Part shown: piece by piece, positions 50,701 to 63,074 of the stretch
Layout of the letters: each line of letters starts with the position of its first letter
Numbering within the stretch: position 1 is the first letter of the stretch
Origin: Mizuhopecten yessoensis
Taxonomy: Eukaryota
Assembly (NCBI RefSeq): GCF_002113885.1
Contig: NW_018405900.1
Location: 344,005 to 408,004 of the forward strand
Length of the DNA stretch: 64,000 nt
Reading direction: 5' to 3'
Made by a program: the position numbers and the translations under genes
Notes under the pieces: model-generated
What the model saw: the letters and a program-made list of their open reading frames with translations, nothing else
Told to the model about the DNA's origin: nothing
Databases searched by the model: none

Positions 50701-53700
50701 TAGAGGCACTATTTGACACCATAGAGGTAATATTTGACACTGGAGGTAATATTTGACACTATTTAGGTGATATTTGACACTATAGAGGTACTATTTGATA
50801 CTATGGAGGTACTATTTGATACTATAGAGGTGATATTTGACACTTTAGAGGTACTATGAGGTACTATTTGACACTATAGAGGTAATATTTGTCACTATAG
50901 AGGTTATATTTGACACTATAGAGGTACTATGAGGTACTATTTGACAATATAGAGGTACTATTTGATACTATAGAGGTACTATTTGACACCATAGTGGTAA
51001 TATTTGACACTGGAGGTAATATTTGACACTATAGAGGAGATAGTTGACACTATATAGGTGATATTTGACACTATAGAGGTAATATTTGATACTATAGAGG
51101 TTCTATTTGTCACCATAGATGTTCTATTTGACACTATAGAGGTACTATTTGATACTATGGAGGTACTATTTGATACTATAGAGGTGATATTTGACACTGT
51201 AGAGGTACTATGAGGTACTATTTGACACTATAGCGGTAATATTTGATACTATAGAGGTACTATTTGACACTATAGAGGTGATATTTGACACTATAGAGGA
51301 GATAGTTGGTACTATGAGGTACTATTTGACACTATAGAGGTACTATTTGATACTATGGAGGTACTATTTGATACTATAGAGGTGATATTTGACAATATAG
51401 AGGTACTATGAGGTACTATTTGACACTATAGAGGTAATATTTGATACTATAGAGGTACTATTTGACACCATAGATGTTCTATTTGACACTATAGAGGTAC
51501 TATTTGATACTATAGAGGTACTATTTGATACTATAGAGGTACTATTTGACACTATAGAGGTAATATTTGACACTGGAGGTAATTTTTGACACTATAGAGG
51601 TGATATTTGACACTATAGAGGAGATAGTTGACACTATATAGGTGATATTTGACACTATAGAGGTACTATTTGACACTATAGAGGTACTCTTTGATACTAT
51701 AGAGGTACTATTTGATACTATAGAGGTACTATTTGACACTATAGAGGTAATATTTGACACTATAGAGGTGATATTTGACATTATAGAGGAGATTGTTGAC
51801 ACTATATAGGTGATATTTGACACTATAGAGGTAATATTTGACACTATATAGGTGATATTTGATACTATAGAGGTACTATTTGATACTATAGTGGTACTAT
51901 TTGACACTATCGAGGCAATATTTGACACTGGAGGTAATATTTGACACTATAGAGGTGATATTTGACACTATAGAGGAGATAGTTGACACTATATAGGTGA
52001 TATTTGACACTATAGAGGTAATATTTGACACTATAGTGGTACTATTTGATACTATAGAGGTACTATTTGACACCATAGAGGTACTATTTGACACCATAGA
52101 GGTACTATTTGACACTATAGAGGTACTATTTGATACTATAGAGGTAATATTTGACACTGTAGAGGTAATTTTCGACACTATAGAGGTAAATTCTTTTTGA
52201 TTAATTGAAGTACCATATTATCTTACCCTGATAAGATGGATGTATTTGTCTGTGATGCTTGGTTCCTGGCTGGGCCCTTCCTGATTGGTTTGTGTTCTAC
52301 TTCTTGTACAAATCTGACTCCCAAATCATTTATGATTAGCAAGCATATATCAGATTGATGTACTGATTTCTGGTACTCCTGTTCATTTTCTTCCTTGAAA
52401 GGAAACAGGTGACAAGCTTATTAACACTACAAAATGTTCCCCATATGGCAATCAAGAAAACCATTTCAGTGACAATAACTAAGTCTACTTTCATTTAGTT
52501 CAATGTAGGCAGAAGATAGTTAAGTATACAAAGACACACCTGTATTGATTTCCAAAATATTCCTCATAAATCAAACATCTTTCTTGTATCAGACGAGGAA
52601 AGAGCAAGAGTTCCTAGTGAAGGTTTCCTATATAGAGATTTACAAGGAGGAGCTGCAGGATCTGCTAGACACAGAAACATCCTACAAGGATCTCCATGTC
52701 CGTGAGGATGACAAAGGCAACACAGGTAACCATCCTACATGATACAATGATAAGTTTCTCAAAGCGCAGAGAATCAGTCTTATTATCAGTGAATGTTGTC
52801 CTTGAAGTCAACTTTTAACTTCAAGATTTTTCAAATAAGGTGATTTATAACCAAACAATTGTAAACTCTTATACATTTTTGTGTATTGTTGTGAAATTTT
52901 AACTGTTGATAACTCCTCAAGTCTTCTCACTTAAGCAACCAAACAGTTATGTTGGAGTTGAATCTTAAAACACAATAGTTATTATGGTAACTGTTAAATT
53001 TAATCAACAAAGTTATATATAATTGCAGTGATTATTGGAGCCCGTGAAGTGGACTGCGAGTCCCTGGATGATGTGATGACGTTACTGGAGGCAGGGTCTG
53101 CTGTCAGACAGACAGGGTCGACACAGATGAATGAACAGTCAAGTCGCTCACATTCCATATTTACCGTTGTTATAGGTACATGTCAAAGTCATATGATACA
53201 CTCTTTACAGCTGCATACATAAAGGATCTGTCATTCGTTTCCCTTTATATTAGATTTATGATAAAGTTTTAGATTTTTCATGACTGTGAGCCTCTGGTGA
53301 TCAAATATGAAAAATCCAAAACGAGTATCATAAATCTAATATGAAGGGAAACGAATGACAGATTCTTTTTATCATTAAATACAAAGTAAACTGTATAATT
53401 GTGAACAGAAACAAATATTTTGCATTAGACAGCCTCTAAAACGATGAAAATTGCATCCACTTCACAATGATGTGATGTCACATTGATTGTTCCTATTTGA
53501 TTGTGACGTCATTTCCGGAGTGATATTACACATGTTACATAAACATAACTTATGGGATGGCTTGTTGACACTGCATAACACAGTATTCATATGGTAAAGC
53601 AAAATAATACATTGTAGGCACAAATTGCTACCTGATTTCTAGTTAGTTTCATCAGTCCAGTCGTGAGTTGTAAATGTACGAATGAAGATCAACTGTTATT

Positions 53701-56700
53701 ATATTTACCTGATATACTTGAGTAAATTTGTTTTAGCTGAAAAGGTCCAATCTTGTAATTTAAAGAACTTTTTTTCAAGTCAACTTTGCATAAAAATTAC
53801 CAGTATGAAAGCTGTCCGTAGTATGGTTTTGGATTCGTGTCTCTCCGTACATTGATGGTCACTAGTGAACATGTTGTTCTTATTGCTTTATGAACAGAAC
53901 AAAAGTGGACAGAGACTGACGTCATGGCTGGAAAGAGAAAACCAAGTGATAGTTCTGAGGTTATTGACGAAGGTAAGTGGTACATTGTACGTAGTAATCT
54001 GATTATGTTCCAGTTCTGTTTGTTGTTATATAAATTACTTCAATTTTAGATGTTTACTAGGGAACATTTTTCCAAATGAACTGAGACATATATTTATTTA
54101 ATTTGCTACAATTGAGGAATTCATGACAATCCTTGTCAGCAGTAATCATATTTAAGCAGTTTTTGTGCTAATTTGAAAGTGCTAAATTAATTTCAAATAT
54201 GAAATCACCTATCCTTTCTACTAGAAAGCTATAGTGCTATACCATAATGTGTTTAATTAGAAAATTGTTGCTGATGAGTAGATGTCTGTGTGGTAATCAA
54301 TGAATGCTTACAGTATTCAATATAAAACAAAAATCAGTTTCCTTGATTTTGTGATTGAACACTTAATTTATGAAATGTTTATATTCATTTTTAAGGTAAA
54401 TAAGCTGATTTTGACTAAGTTATTGTTATTTGTTGGATAAGAGCAAAGGAAAATAAAATTAATTAAGATTATTGCATGTATAATAGGAAACTCAGTTTTG
54501 TTAATGTTTATTCCTTTAACTTGGATTGCATGGCCGTCTGTATTTCAGCTGCCAAACTACCACAAGGTTTGTGTATTAGTTGCCTCCATTTTGATTTGTG
54601 TTGCACTTTGGTATAATAAGTATGTTGCATAATTAATGCTAATGTTGTTTCTTTAGATTATTTCTCGCTTGAAAGATTAACAGCGTGTTAGCAAATTTTC
54701 GATAGGTGGCTAAAACCAGGTCCTCCTCTTGTATTAGGTGTTCTGCATCACATTGGCAAAGTCCTTAAATGGCTTGAATTGTCAATGGGCTACAAAACTT
54801 TACAAAAACAAGCTATTTGCAATATTGAACATCATTCTGATGGTTCATCTGTACCAATCATTCGGATGGTTCATCTGTACCAATCATTCTGATGGTTCAT
54901 CTGTACTGATGGTTCATCTGTACCAATCATTCTGATGGTTCATCTGTACCAATCAATCTGATGGTTCATCTGTACCAATCATTCTGATGGTTCATCTGTA
55001 CCAATCATTCTGATGGTTCATCTGTACCAATCATTCTGATGGTTCATCTGTACCCAAGTGATTCTGGACATGAAGTCTCCTGTTAGCATGTTTGTTTTAG
55101 TTTAAGTCTACTGTATTTCTGACAATTTTAGAGATGTAGGCTTCTAAACATAAAGATAGGGGCAATGTTAATGTCAAAATCTTTCATGAGAATTCTTTTT
55201 TGATAAATAAAGAAAAACATAGAAATAAAGAACAGTTGAAACTGTCCATAGTATAAACAAATGAGTGTAAAATACAGGACTGGTATTTTATGATAGTATA
55301 TTAAGACTTACCTATTTCATTTTAACCCAAACCTTTTCTTGCCATACACTGTCTACTTATCTGATACTTTGTCTCCTCTTCACCGTTTTTGTCTTTATCT
55401 ACTCCCCGGAAACTCATACACCAACTCCACACCACCCTACGCTGCCTGGCGCCACTTTTAATATGAGTCTTGAGGTCTGACACAAACCGTTTTTATATTG
55501 GTCTGAGGTCTACCTTACTATATTATCAGCCTTTAGGTATGACATATGTAGACTCTGGGTCCATAGTCTGAAACAAGTCAATCAGGGTCAGAGGTCTGAC
55601 AAAAATTAAACTGACCATTGCTTCCCGATCACCACACAATATTTTTTCAGAACACTGATACTGATTCAAGTACATGTACTTCAATACTGGCTTAAATAAA
55701 ACAGAGAATAAAATCTGTTACCCTTTAACTCTTTTTGTGTTTGAAATAAAGATTATTAGATATAATCTGTGCTTTCAGCATTATTACTGCCTCAGAAAAT
55801 GATTTGTCTGGACCATTTTTTTTCTCTGTACACTGTATTAACCCTTTCACCACTGTAGACCAGAATGGACTCATCCAGATAAATGTATGGTAGAGTCTAC
55901 TTAAGTTACCTAGGGGTGAAAGGGTTGAGTAGTTGATTGTTCAATGTACGTGTAAAATGGTATGCTGTATTTTAGATTCAAATGTATCTACAGTTGTTGA
56001 TGATTTTTATACTAGTTGTTGATTTAATTTCACCGGGTCCTGTCCTCACAATATATAGCACATACATTTGTGTATGTCTTAATCATGAGGTAATTGTGGT
56101 TACAGAAACAAACAGCCTCTGTACGTTATGTTCGGGGGAAAATGTACACAATATAGATCCAGTGACCAGAACGGGTTGTTGGGGAGAATATGTCGGCAAC
56201 CTGTAGATGTTAAGTCATTAACAACTAGATTTTTGTAGAATTTTGTTGTTAACATCAGTGTTAGATTAGGTACATGTACTGTCTTTAGTTTCGATAAATA
56301 CTGCTTTTACATATTTTCTTTTCTTTTACTAATTTTTGTTGATAGATAAACACAGAAAATTCAGTCATGTGACCCTGATTTTAGAATCATACTCTGTGAA
56401 CGTTCTATTTGGTGACATGTACATAAAGATACTACAGCTTTATTACAGCGACTTCAAAAGCCAGACAACCCCATTAACATAATATAGGACACACACGTTT
56501 ATCGTTGTTGTTTACCATTCACTTTTGTTCATATAAGAATACACTGAGTTTGTAACCTTAAACTGATCCTATTCTGCACAAGTAAAATTATTTTTTTACC
56601 CTTTGACTTTGAACTAACTGAAATAAATTAACATTTTGAGAGCACACATTTGGTCATTTCAATTCCGTCATTTCGTATTGCAGAGTTATCTGCTCTTTTG

Positions 56701-59700
56701 AGCAGGTAACGATTGTTACGTCATTTGTTTGTGAGACTAACGTTTTTTGAACATTTTTGAGAAAGCAACCTAATTTTCTTACACAAACCAATGACGGAAC
56801 AATCAATACCTGCTCACAAGAGAAGATAACTCTGCAATACGTAAAGATGGAATATACCGGTAACAATTTTCTTGTGTCCTTGTTTTTTCTTTGAATTTAA
56901 AAGAGTGACAATCGAGATATGAAATCTAAGCAATGTGTTTGATTGACTATGGATATAAATATGAACACCGTGACATTGAGTGACACATTGAGGGAACGGC
57001 AGTGGCACCTCTTTAACAACACCGGGATACATACAGATTCAGTGAACTACTCTTCTACTTTCTAACTAGAGGAACTGCTTTCTTAGAAACGTATTCTAAC
57101 AAAAGGAAGTACTGTCGTAGAAGTATATTCTACGTAGGATCATCCTCGATATCCAGGGGTTATGCTCACTTTCGCTCTCTGCACCCCTGATATATGTCAT
57201 ACCAAAATTGAAGGCTCTTTGTGAACCGCCATGTGCATGAGAAGTGATGACTAGTTTGATCCTTTCATGTACATCAAAGGAATCCTGCAGTAATCTAAGG
57301 GTAAAACGTTCTGGCTTTGAAGTCTGTCGTCGCTCCTCTGAATCTCCAACAAGATTAAGCATCAGCCTAGTGATTGGTCAGGATTATTTTACCTGACACC
57401 AATCAAATAGCTAGCCGCGTGCCTTCAATTTTGCTATGACATATTCCATGGGTGTAGAGAGCGAAAGTGAGTGTATCCCCTGGGTATCGAGGATGCAGTA
57501 GGAACCTCTGTGCTAGAAACATATTCTAAAATTAGTGACTACTGTCCAAGAAACAGATTCTAAAATCAGTGACTACTGGCCAAGAAACAGATTCTAAAAT
57601 CAGTGCCTACTGTCCAAGAAACAGATTCTAAAATAAGTGACTACTGTCCAAGAAACAGATTCTAAAATCAGTGACTACTGTCCAAGAAACAGATTCTAAC
57701 AATAAGGACATCAGTGGTGGATTAATATGGAAAGAAAATTAAAAGAAATTCTTTCAATCTTTTCAGATATTACTCACTTCATGTCAGGAAAATTCCATTT
57801 TGTGGATCTTGCGGGATCTGAACGAGCACACAGGACCGGAAATGTAGGGGACAGATTCAAAGGTACAGTTCTTACCCACTCAAGTTTAATTTTGACCAAA
57901 ATCAGAAAAACGACCTGACCCCCAGTAGGGGCAGGCGACACATCCTGGCTGCATGCACTTCTGTGGAGTTCTTTTCATGTATCATAGAATGATTTTATGA
58001 ATTATATTGGATGCTTTATAAATATTGTACATTTCATATTATTATTTATTATAAATCTATTGCTGCAGAGTCTGTGCACATCAACTCAGGACTTCTGGCC
58101 CTCGGCAATGTGATAAGTGCCTTGGGAGATCCTAAGAAGAAATCAACCCACATTCCCTACCGAGAATCAAAGATCACCAGGCTCCTCAAGGTGTGTGTAA
58201 CTATGGCGCCACAAAGAGGTTCTTCTGGAACAGTGATAGATAGGAAGTCAATAGTCTAGAAAATGTTTTATGGTTAGGAACAAATTACCAGGGTATAGTG
58301 AAAAATAGATACATTTGAGCTCGCAGAGCAGTTTTTGCAGAAGGTACCTGTTGGGAACCTGAAGTTCTGCGTTATATATATTTCAGTGTTAAAATCTTTT
58401 ATCAATATATCATGCTAATATTAATGGTGTAGGGCCGGCGCCGGGTCTCAAACTCACTTAATCATCTTTCTACAAAAATGAAAAGAAACCTGCACAAACG
58501 GAAGATAAAATATTTTCGGAGATACATATAGGCACTGCTTATTTAATTAGACAAAGACAATTTCATTTAACAAAAGTGGCAGTTAGGACATGTTTCACTT
58601 AAAGGTTTTTTTGGTGAAGTGACCTTTTTTGTTGATTTATGTTCCAGGACTCCCTAGGGGGTAACGCACAGACCCTTATGGTGTGTTGTATCAGTCCTGC
58701 TACAGCCAACTTTGATGAATCCCTAAATGCCCTCAAGTATGCCAATAGGGTAAGTGAAGCCGATGATAGATATTAGGATATTGTTCCTTTTACAGTGAAT
58801 ATCGGCATATAGTTTCAATAATGAGTACTCGGGGTAGTTTTATATCAGTATCATATCTACCTGTATAATGTTCTGTCGTGTCTCTTAAATTCATGATGTT
58901 TCGTTGTTAATGACACAAAAACAGTTGCTACACTGATGAACAAATTGTTTGTACTTCTCTGTAGAAAATATATATCAAAATATTTGTATATGAACAACTC
59001 TGTGAACAGGCCAAATTATCTTGTCCCAGGGGTGTCGTGTTAGAATACAGTTTAAATGTTTAGTTTCCTTTTTTGAGGTAAATGGAAGTGTTTTTTTCCT
59101 TTTAACAAATCACATCTTCTGGGTGAAGCAAACAGGAAAGTTGATTTGCCACTTACCTCACACTCAGAAAAAATGTAAACAATTCAACAGACGACTGAGT
59201 ATGGTTGATATGGCAAAGAGTAAGCTTATATCTAGGCCTATACTTACAGCAGAGAAAACTTATATCTAGTCCTATGCTTAAAGCAGAGTAACCTTATATC
59301 TAGGTCTATACTTACTGTAGAGTAACCTTATATCTAGGTCTATACTTACTGTAGAGTAACCTTATATCTAGACCTATACTTACAGCAGAATAAGCTAAAT
59401 ATATCTCATCTATTACTTACAGGCACGGAACATCAAGAACAAGCCGATCGTAAACAGAGATGTACAGGCACTGAGGTTTGAGGAGATGCAGTGTGAGATT
59501 AAGGTACCACCATTTATATACAGTGTCACACAGGACTGTCATACAACAATGCCACACAGACCTGTCATACAACAATGTCACACAACAATGTCATACAGAA
59601 TTAATAAACCTCTACTTTATTTACTCTCTATAAAAGTAATTGGTTAAATCGAATATATAATATCTAGTCCTATACTTAAAGCAGAGTAACCTTATATCGA

Positions 59701-62339
59701 GGCCTATACTTACAGCAGAATAGGCTAAATATTTCTCATCTATTACTTACAGGCACGGAACATCAAGAACAAGCCGATCGTAAACAGAGATGGCAGAGTA
59801 ACCTTATATCTGGTCCTATACTTACAGCAGAGAAACCTTATATCTAGTCCTATACTCACAGCAGAGTGAACTTATATCAAGTCCTATACTTACAGCAGCG
59901 TTACCTTATATCTAGGCCTATACTAACAGCAGAGTAACCTTATATCGAGGCCTATACTTACAGCAGAATAGGCTAAATATTTCTCATCTATTACTTACAG
60001 GCACGGAACATCAAGAACAAGCCGATCGTAAACAGAGATGTACAGGCACTGAGGTTTGAGGAGATGCAGTGTGAGATTAAGGTACCACCATTTATATACA
60101 GTGTCACACAGGACTGTCATACAACTATGTCATACAGGACTGTCATACAACAATGTCACACAGGACCTTACAGCAGAGTGAACTTAGATCTAGTCCTATA
60201 CTTACAGTAGAGTAAACTTATATCTAGGCCTATGCTTACAGCAGAGTAACCTTACATCTAGGCCCATACTTACAGCAGAGTGAACTTATAACTAGTCCTA
60301 TACTTACAGCAGCGTTACCTTATATCTAGGCCTATCCTTACAGCAGAGTAAGCTTATCTCTAGTCCTATACTTACAGTAGAGTAACCTTATATCTAGTTC
60401 TATACTTACAGCAGGGTGACCTTATATCTAGGCCTATACTTAAAGCAGAGTAACCTTATATCGAGGCCTATACTTACAGCAGCGTTACCTTATATCTAGG
60501 CCTATACTTAAAGCAGAGTAACCTTATATCTAACCCTATACTTACAGCAGAGTGAGCTTATATCTAGTTCTATACTTCCACCAGAGTAAACTTATATCTA
60601 GTTCTATAATTACAGCAGAGTAAACTTATATCTAGTTCTATAATTACAGCAGAGTAAACTTATATCTAGTTCTATACTTACAGCAGGGTGACCTTATATC
60701 TAGGCCTATACTAACAGCAGAGTAACCTTATATCTGGTCCTATACTTACAGCAGAGAAAACTTATATCTAGTCCTATGCTTACAGCAGAGTAACCTTACA
60801 TCTAGGCCCATACTTACAGCAGAGTGAACTTATATCTAGTTCTATGCTTACAGCAGAGTAACCTTACATCTAGGCCCATACTTACAGCAGAGTGAACTTG
60901 TATCTAGTCTTATACTTACAGCAGAGTGACCTTATATCTAGTCCTATACTCACAGCAGAGTAACCTTATATCGAGGCCTATACTTACAGCAGCGTAAGCT
61001 TATATCTAGTCCTATACTTACAGTAGAGTAAACTTATATCTAGTTCTATGCTTACAGCAGAGTAACCTTATATCGAGGCCTATACTTACAGCAGAGTCAC
61101 CTTATATCTAGTCCTATACTCACAGCAGAGTGAACTTATATCAAGTCCTATACTTACAGCAGAGAAAACTTATATCTAGTCCTATGCTTACAGCAGAGTA
61201 ACCTTACATCTAGGCCCATACTTACAGCAGAGTGAACTTAGATCTAGTCCTATACTTACAGTAGAGTAACCTTATATCTAGACCTATACTTACAGCAGAG
61301 TAAACTTATATCTAGGCCTATACTACAGACTATATTATGGCAAAGAGTAAGCTTATATCTAGGCCTAAACTTACAGCAGAGTAACCTTACATCTAGGCCC
61401 ATACTTACAGCAGAGTGAACTTATAACTAGTCCTATACTTACAGCAGAGCGAACTTATATCTAGTCCTATAATTACAGCAGAGTAACCTTATATCGAGGC
61501 CTATACTTACAGCAGCGTTACCTTATATCTAGGCCTATACTAACAGCAGAGTAACCTTATATCGAGGCCTATACTTACAGCAGCGTTACCTTATATCTAG
61601 GCCTATACTACAGACTATATTATGGCAAAGAGTAAGCTTATATCTAGTCTTATACTTACAGCAGAGTGATCTTATATCTAGTCCTATACTCACAGCAGAG
61701 TGAACTTATATCAAGTCCTATACTTACAGCAGAAGAAGCTTATATCTAGTCTTATACTTAAAGCAGAGTAACCTTATATCTGGTCCTATACTTACAGCAG
61801 AAGAAGCTTATATCTAGTCTTATACTTACAGAGTCCTATACTTACAGCAGCGTTACCTTATATCTAGGCCTATCCTTACAGCAGAGTAAGCTTATATCTA
61901 GTCCTATACTTACCGCAGAATAAGCTTATATCTAGTCTTATACTTAAAGCAGAGTAACCTTATATCTGGTCCTATACTTACAGCAGAGCGAACTTATATC
62001 TAGTCCTACACTTACAGCAGAGTAACCTTATATCGAGGCCTATACTTACAGCAGAATAAGCTTATATCTAGTCTTATACTTACAGCAGAGTGAACTTATA
62101 TCTAGTTCTATACTTACAGCAGAGTAAACTTATATCTAGTCCTATATTTACAGCAGAGTAAACTTATATCTAGTTCTATACTTACAGCAGAGTAACCTTA
62201 TATCTAGTCCTATACTTACAGCAGAATAAGCTAAATATTTCTCATCTATTACTTACAGGCACGGAACATCAAGAACAAGCCGATCGTAAACAGAGATGTA
62301 CAGGCACTGAGGTTTGAGGAGATGCAGTGTGAGATTAAG
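47750..62339 (+). CDS. KIF27: Kinesin-4, KIF27/KIF7-like, 5' part (motor domain and neck); gene continues beyond the window
   Basis: Exons: 47750-47782, 48293-48430, 48719-48805, 49091-49192, 52593-52725, 53029-53175, 53898-53972, 57767-57862, 58069-58190, 58648-58749, then an 81-nt exon present at 59423-59503, 60001-60081 and 62259-62339. Translation: [19 protein letters not shown]...GKDRAFTFD...[23 protein letters not shown]...[17 protein letters not shown]...[18 protein letters not shown]...[14 protein letters not shown]...[46 protein letters not shown]...[14 protein letters not shown]27 and KIF7 cannot be separated with certainty. Confidence 0.9.
49175..52189 (+). repeat. 21-bp minisatellite spanning the KIF27 exon 4 donor, roughly 135-140 copies
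   Basis: Unit ATATTTGACACTATAGAG|GTA (IFDTIE|V). The first copy is the real junction at 49192/49193. Recurrent 9-nt CTATGAGGT-type inserts occur. Confidence 0.95.
53220..53372. mobile_element. Long hairpin head of a non-autonomous element
   Basis: ATCTGTCATTCGTTTCCCTTTATATTAGATTTATGATA pairs with TATCATAAATCTAATATGAAGGGAAACGAATGACAGAT. Confidence 0.7.
54833..55054. repeat. 26-bp minisatellite (TTCTGATGGTTCATCTGTACCAATCA), ~8.5 copies
   Basis: Read directly. Confidence 0.9.
55842..55924. mobile_element. Tiny piggyBac-like MITE (83 bp)
   Basis: TTAA|CCCTTTCACC...GGTGAAAGGG|TTGA: CCC-starting TIRs with a TTAA-like target site. Confidence 0.6.
56671..56844. mobile_element. Fold-back MITE-like element
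   Basis: CGTATTGCAGAGTTATCT.CTCTT.TGAGCAGGTA...GATTGTT.CGTCATT.GTTTGTG is present as an inverted pair. Confidence 0.7.
57141..57495. mobile_element. Second copy (inverted) of the 554-906 MITE
   Basis: Same CATCCTC...GAGGATG TIRs, with the internal sequence as reverse complement of the first copy. Degenerate 9-bp TSD acgtaggat/cagtaggaa. Confidence 0.8.
57515..57700. repeat. 34-bp minisatellite (AAGAAACAGATTCTAAAATCAGTGACTACTGTCC), ~5 copies, with older degenerate copies left of the MITE
   Basis: Read directly. Confidence 0.85.
59215..62235 (+). repeat. 34-bp minisatellite (AGAGTAACCTTATATCTAGGCCTATACTTACAGC) interleaved with copies of a KIF27 exon
   Basis: Dozens of copies. Each ends TACTTACAG, the same as the true acceptor TATTACTTACAG|GCA. 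Confidence 0.95.
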
Positions 62340-62601
62340 GTACCACCATTTATATACAGTGTCACACAGGACTGTCATACAACAATGTCACACAGGACTG
62401 TCATACAACTATGTCATACAGGACTGTCATACAACAATGTCATACAGAACTCATACAACAATGTCATGCAGGACTGTCATGTAGGATTGTCATGCAGGAC
62501 TGTCACACAGGACTGTCATACAACAATGACACACAGGACTGTCATACAACAATGCCACACAGGACTGTCATACAACAATGTCACACAACAATGTCATACA
62601 G

Positions 62602-62925
62602 AATTAATAAACCTCTACTTTATTTACTCTCTATAAAAGTAATTGGTTAAATCGAATATATATCCCCACTTTTGCCTGACTGTGTTTTAGTCCTGTGTGT
62701 TAGTCTGCAGGGAACTAAAACACACCTTCTGAACTAAAACACACCTACACTTGGGTGTTTCCGCCAAGCCAATTAGGCGAGAGGTGGGCAGAACTTGTAA
62801 CCGAACTCGGTGTGACACGCAAGATGGGCAGAGCTTGCTACCAAACCCGGAAGCGGCGTGCAAGGTGTTTGATTATGACGCTGTCAAGCTATACAGCTTA
62901 TGGTTTACAGATATTTTCTAGTTAA
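62602..62925 (-). mobile_element. Partial inverted copy of the 63075-63609 element
   Basis: Reverse complement of ~63259-63608 (CCTCTACTTTATTTACTCT...CCCCACTTTTGCCTGACTGTGTTTTAGTCC...TACAGCTTATGGTTTACA). Confidence 0.8.
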
Positions 62926-63074
62926 ACAGGACTGTCTTACAACAATGTCATACAGAACTATCACACAACAATGTCATACAGCACTAACACACAACAATGT
63001 CATACAGAACTATCAAACAACAATGTCATACAAAACTAACACAACAATGTCATACAGAACTATCACACAACAAT

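Noticed and set aside
49848-52200. Repetitive ORFs (SIVSNIT / FDTIEVL), and similar ORFs at 14.5, 22-24 and 62-63 kb
   Set aside because: They are by-products of minisatellite periodicity, with no independent gene structure.
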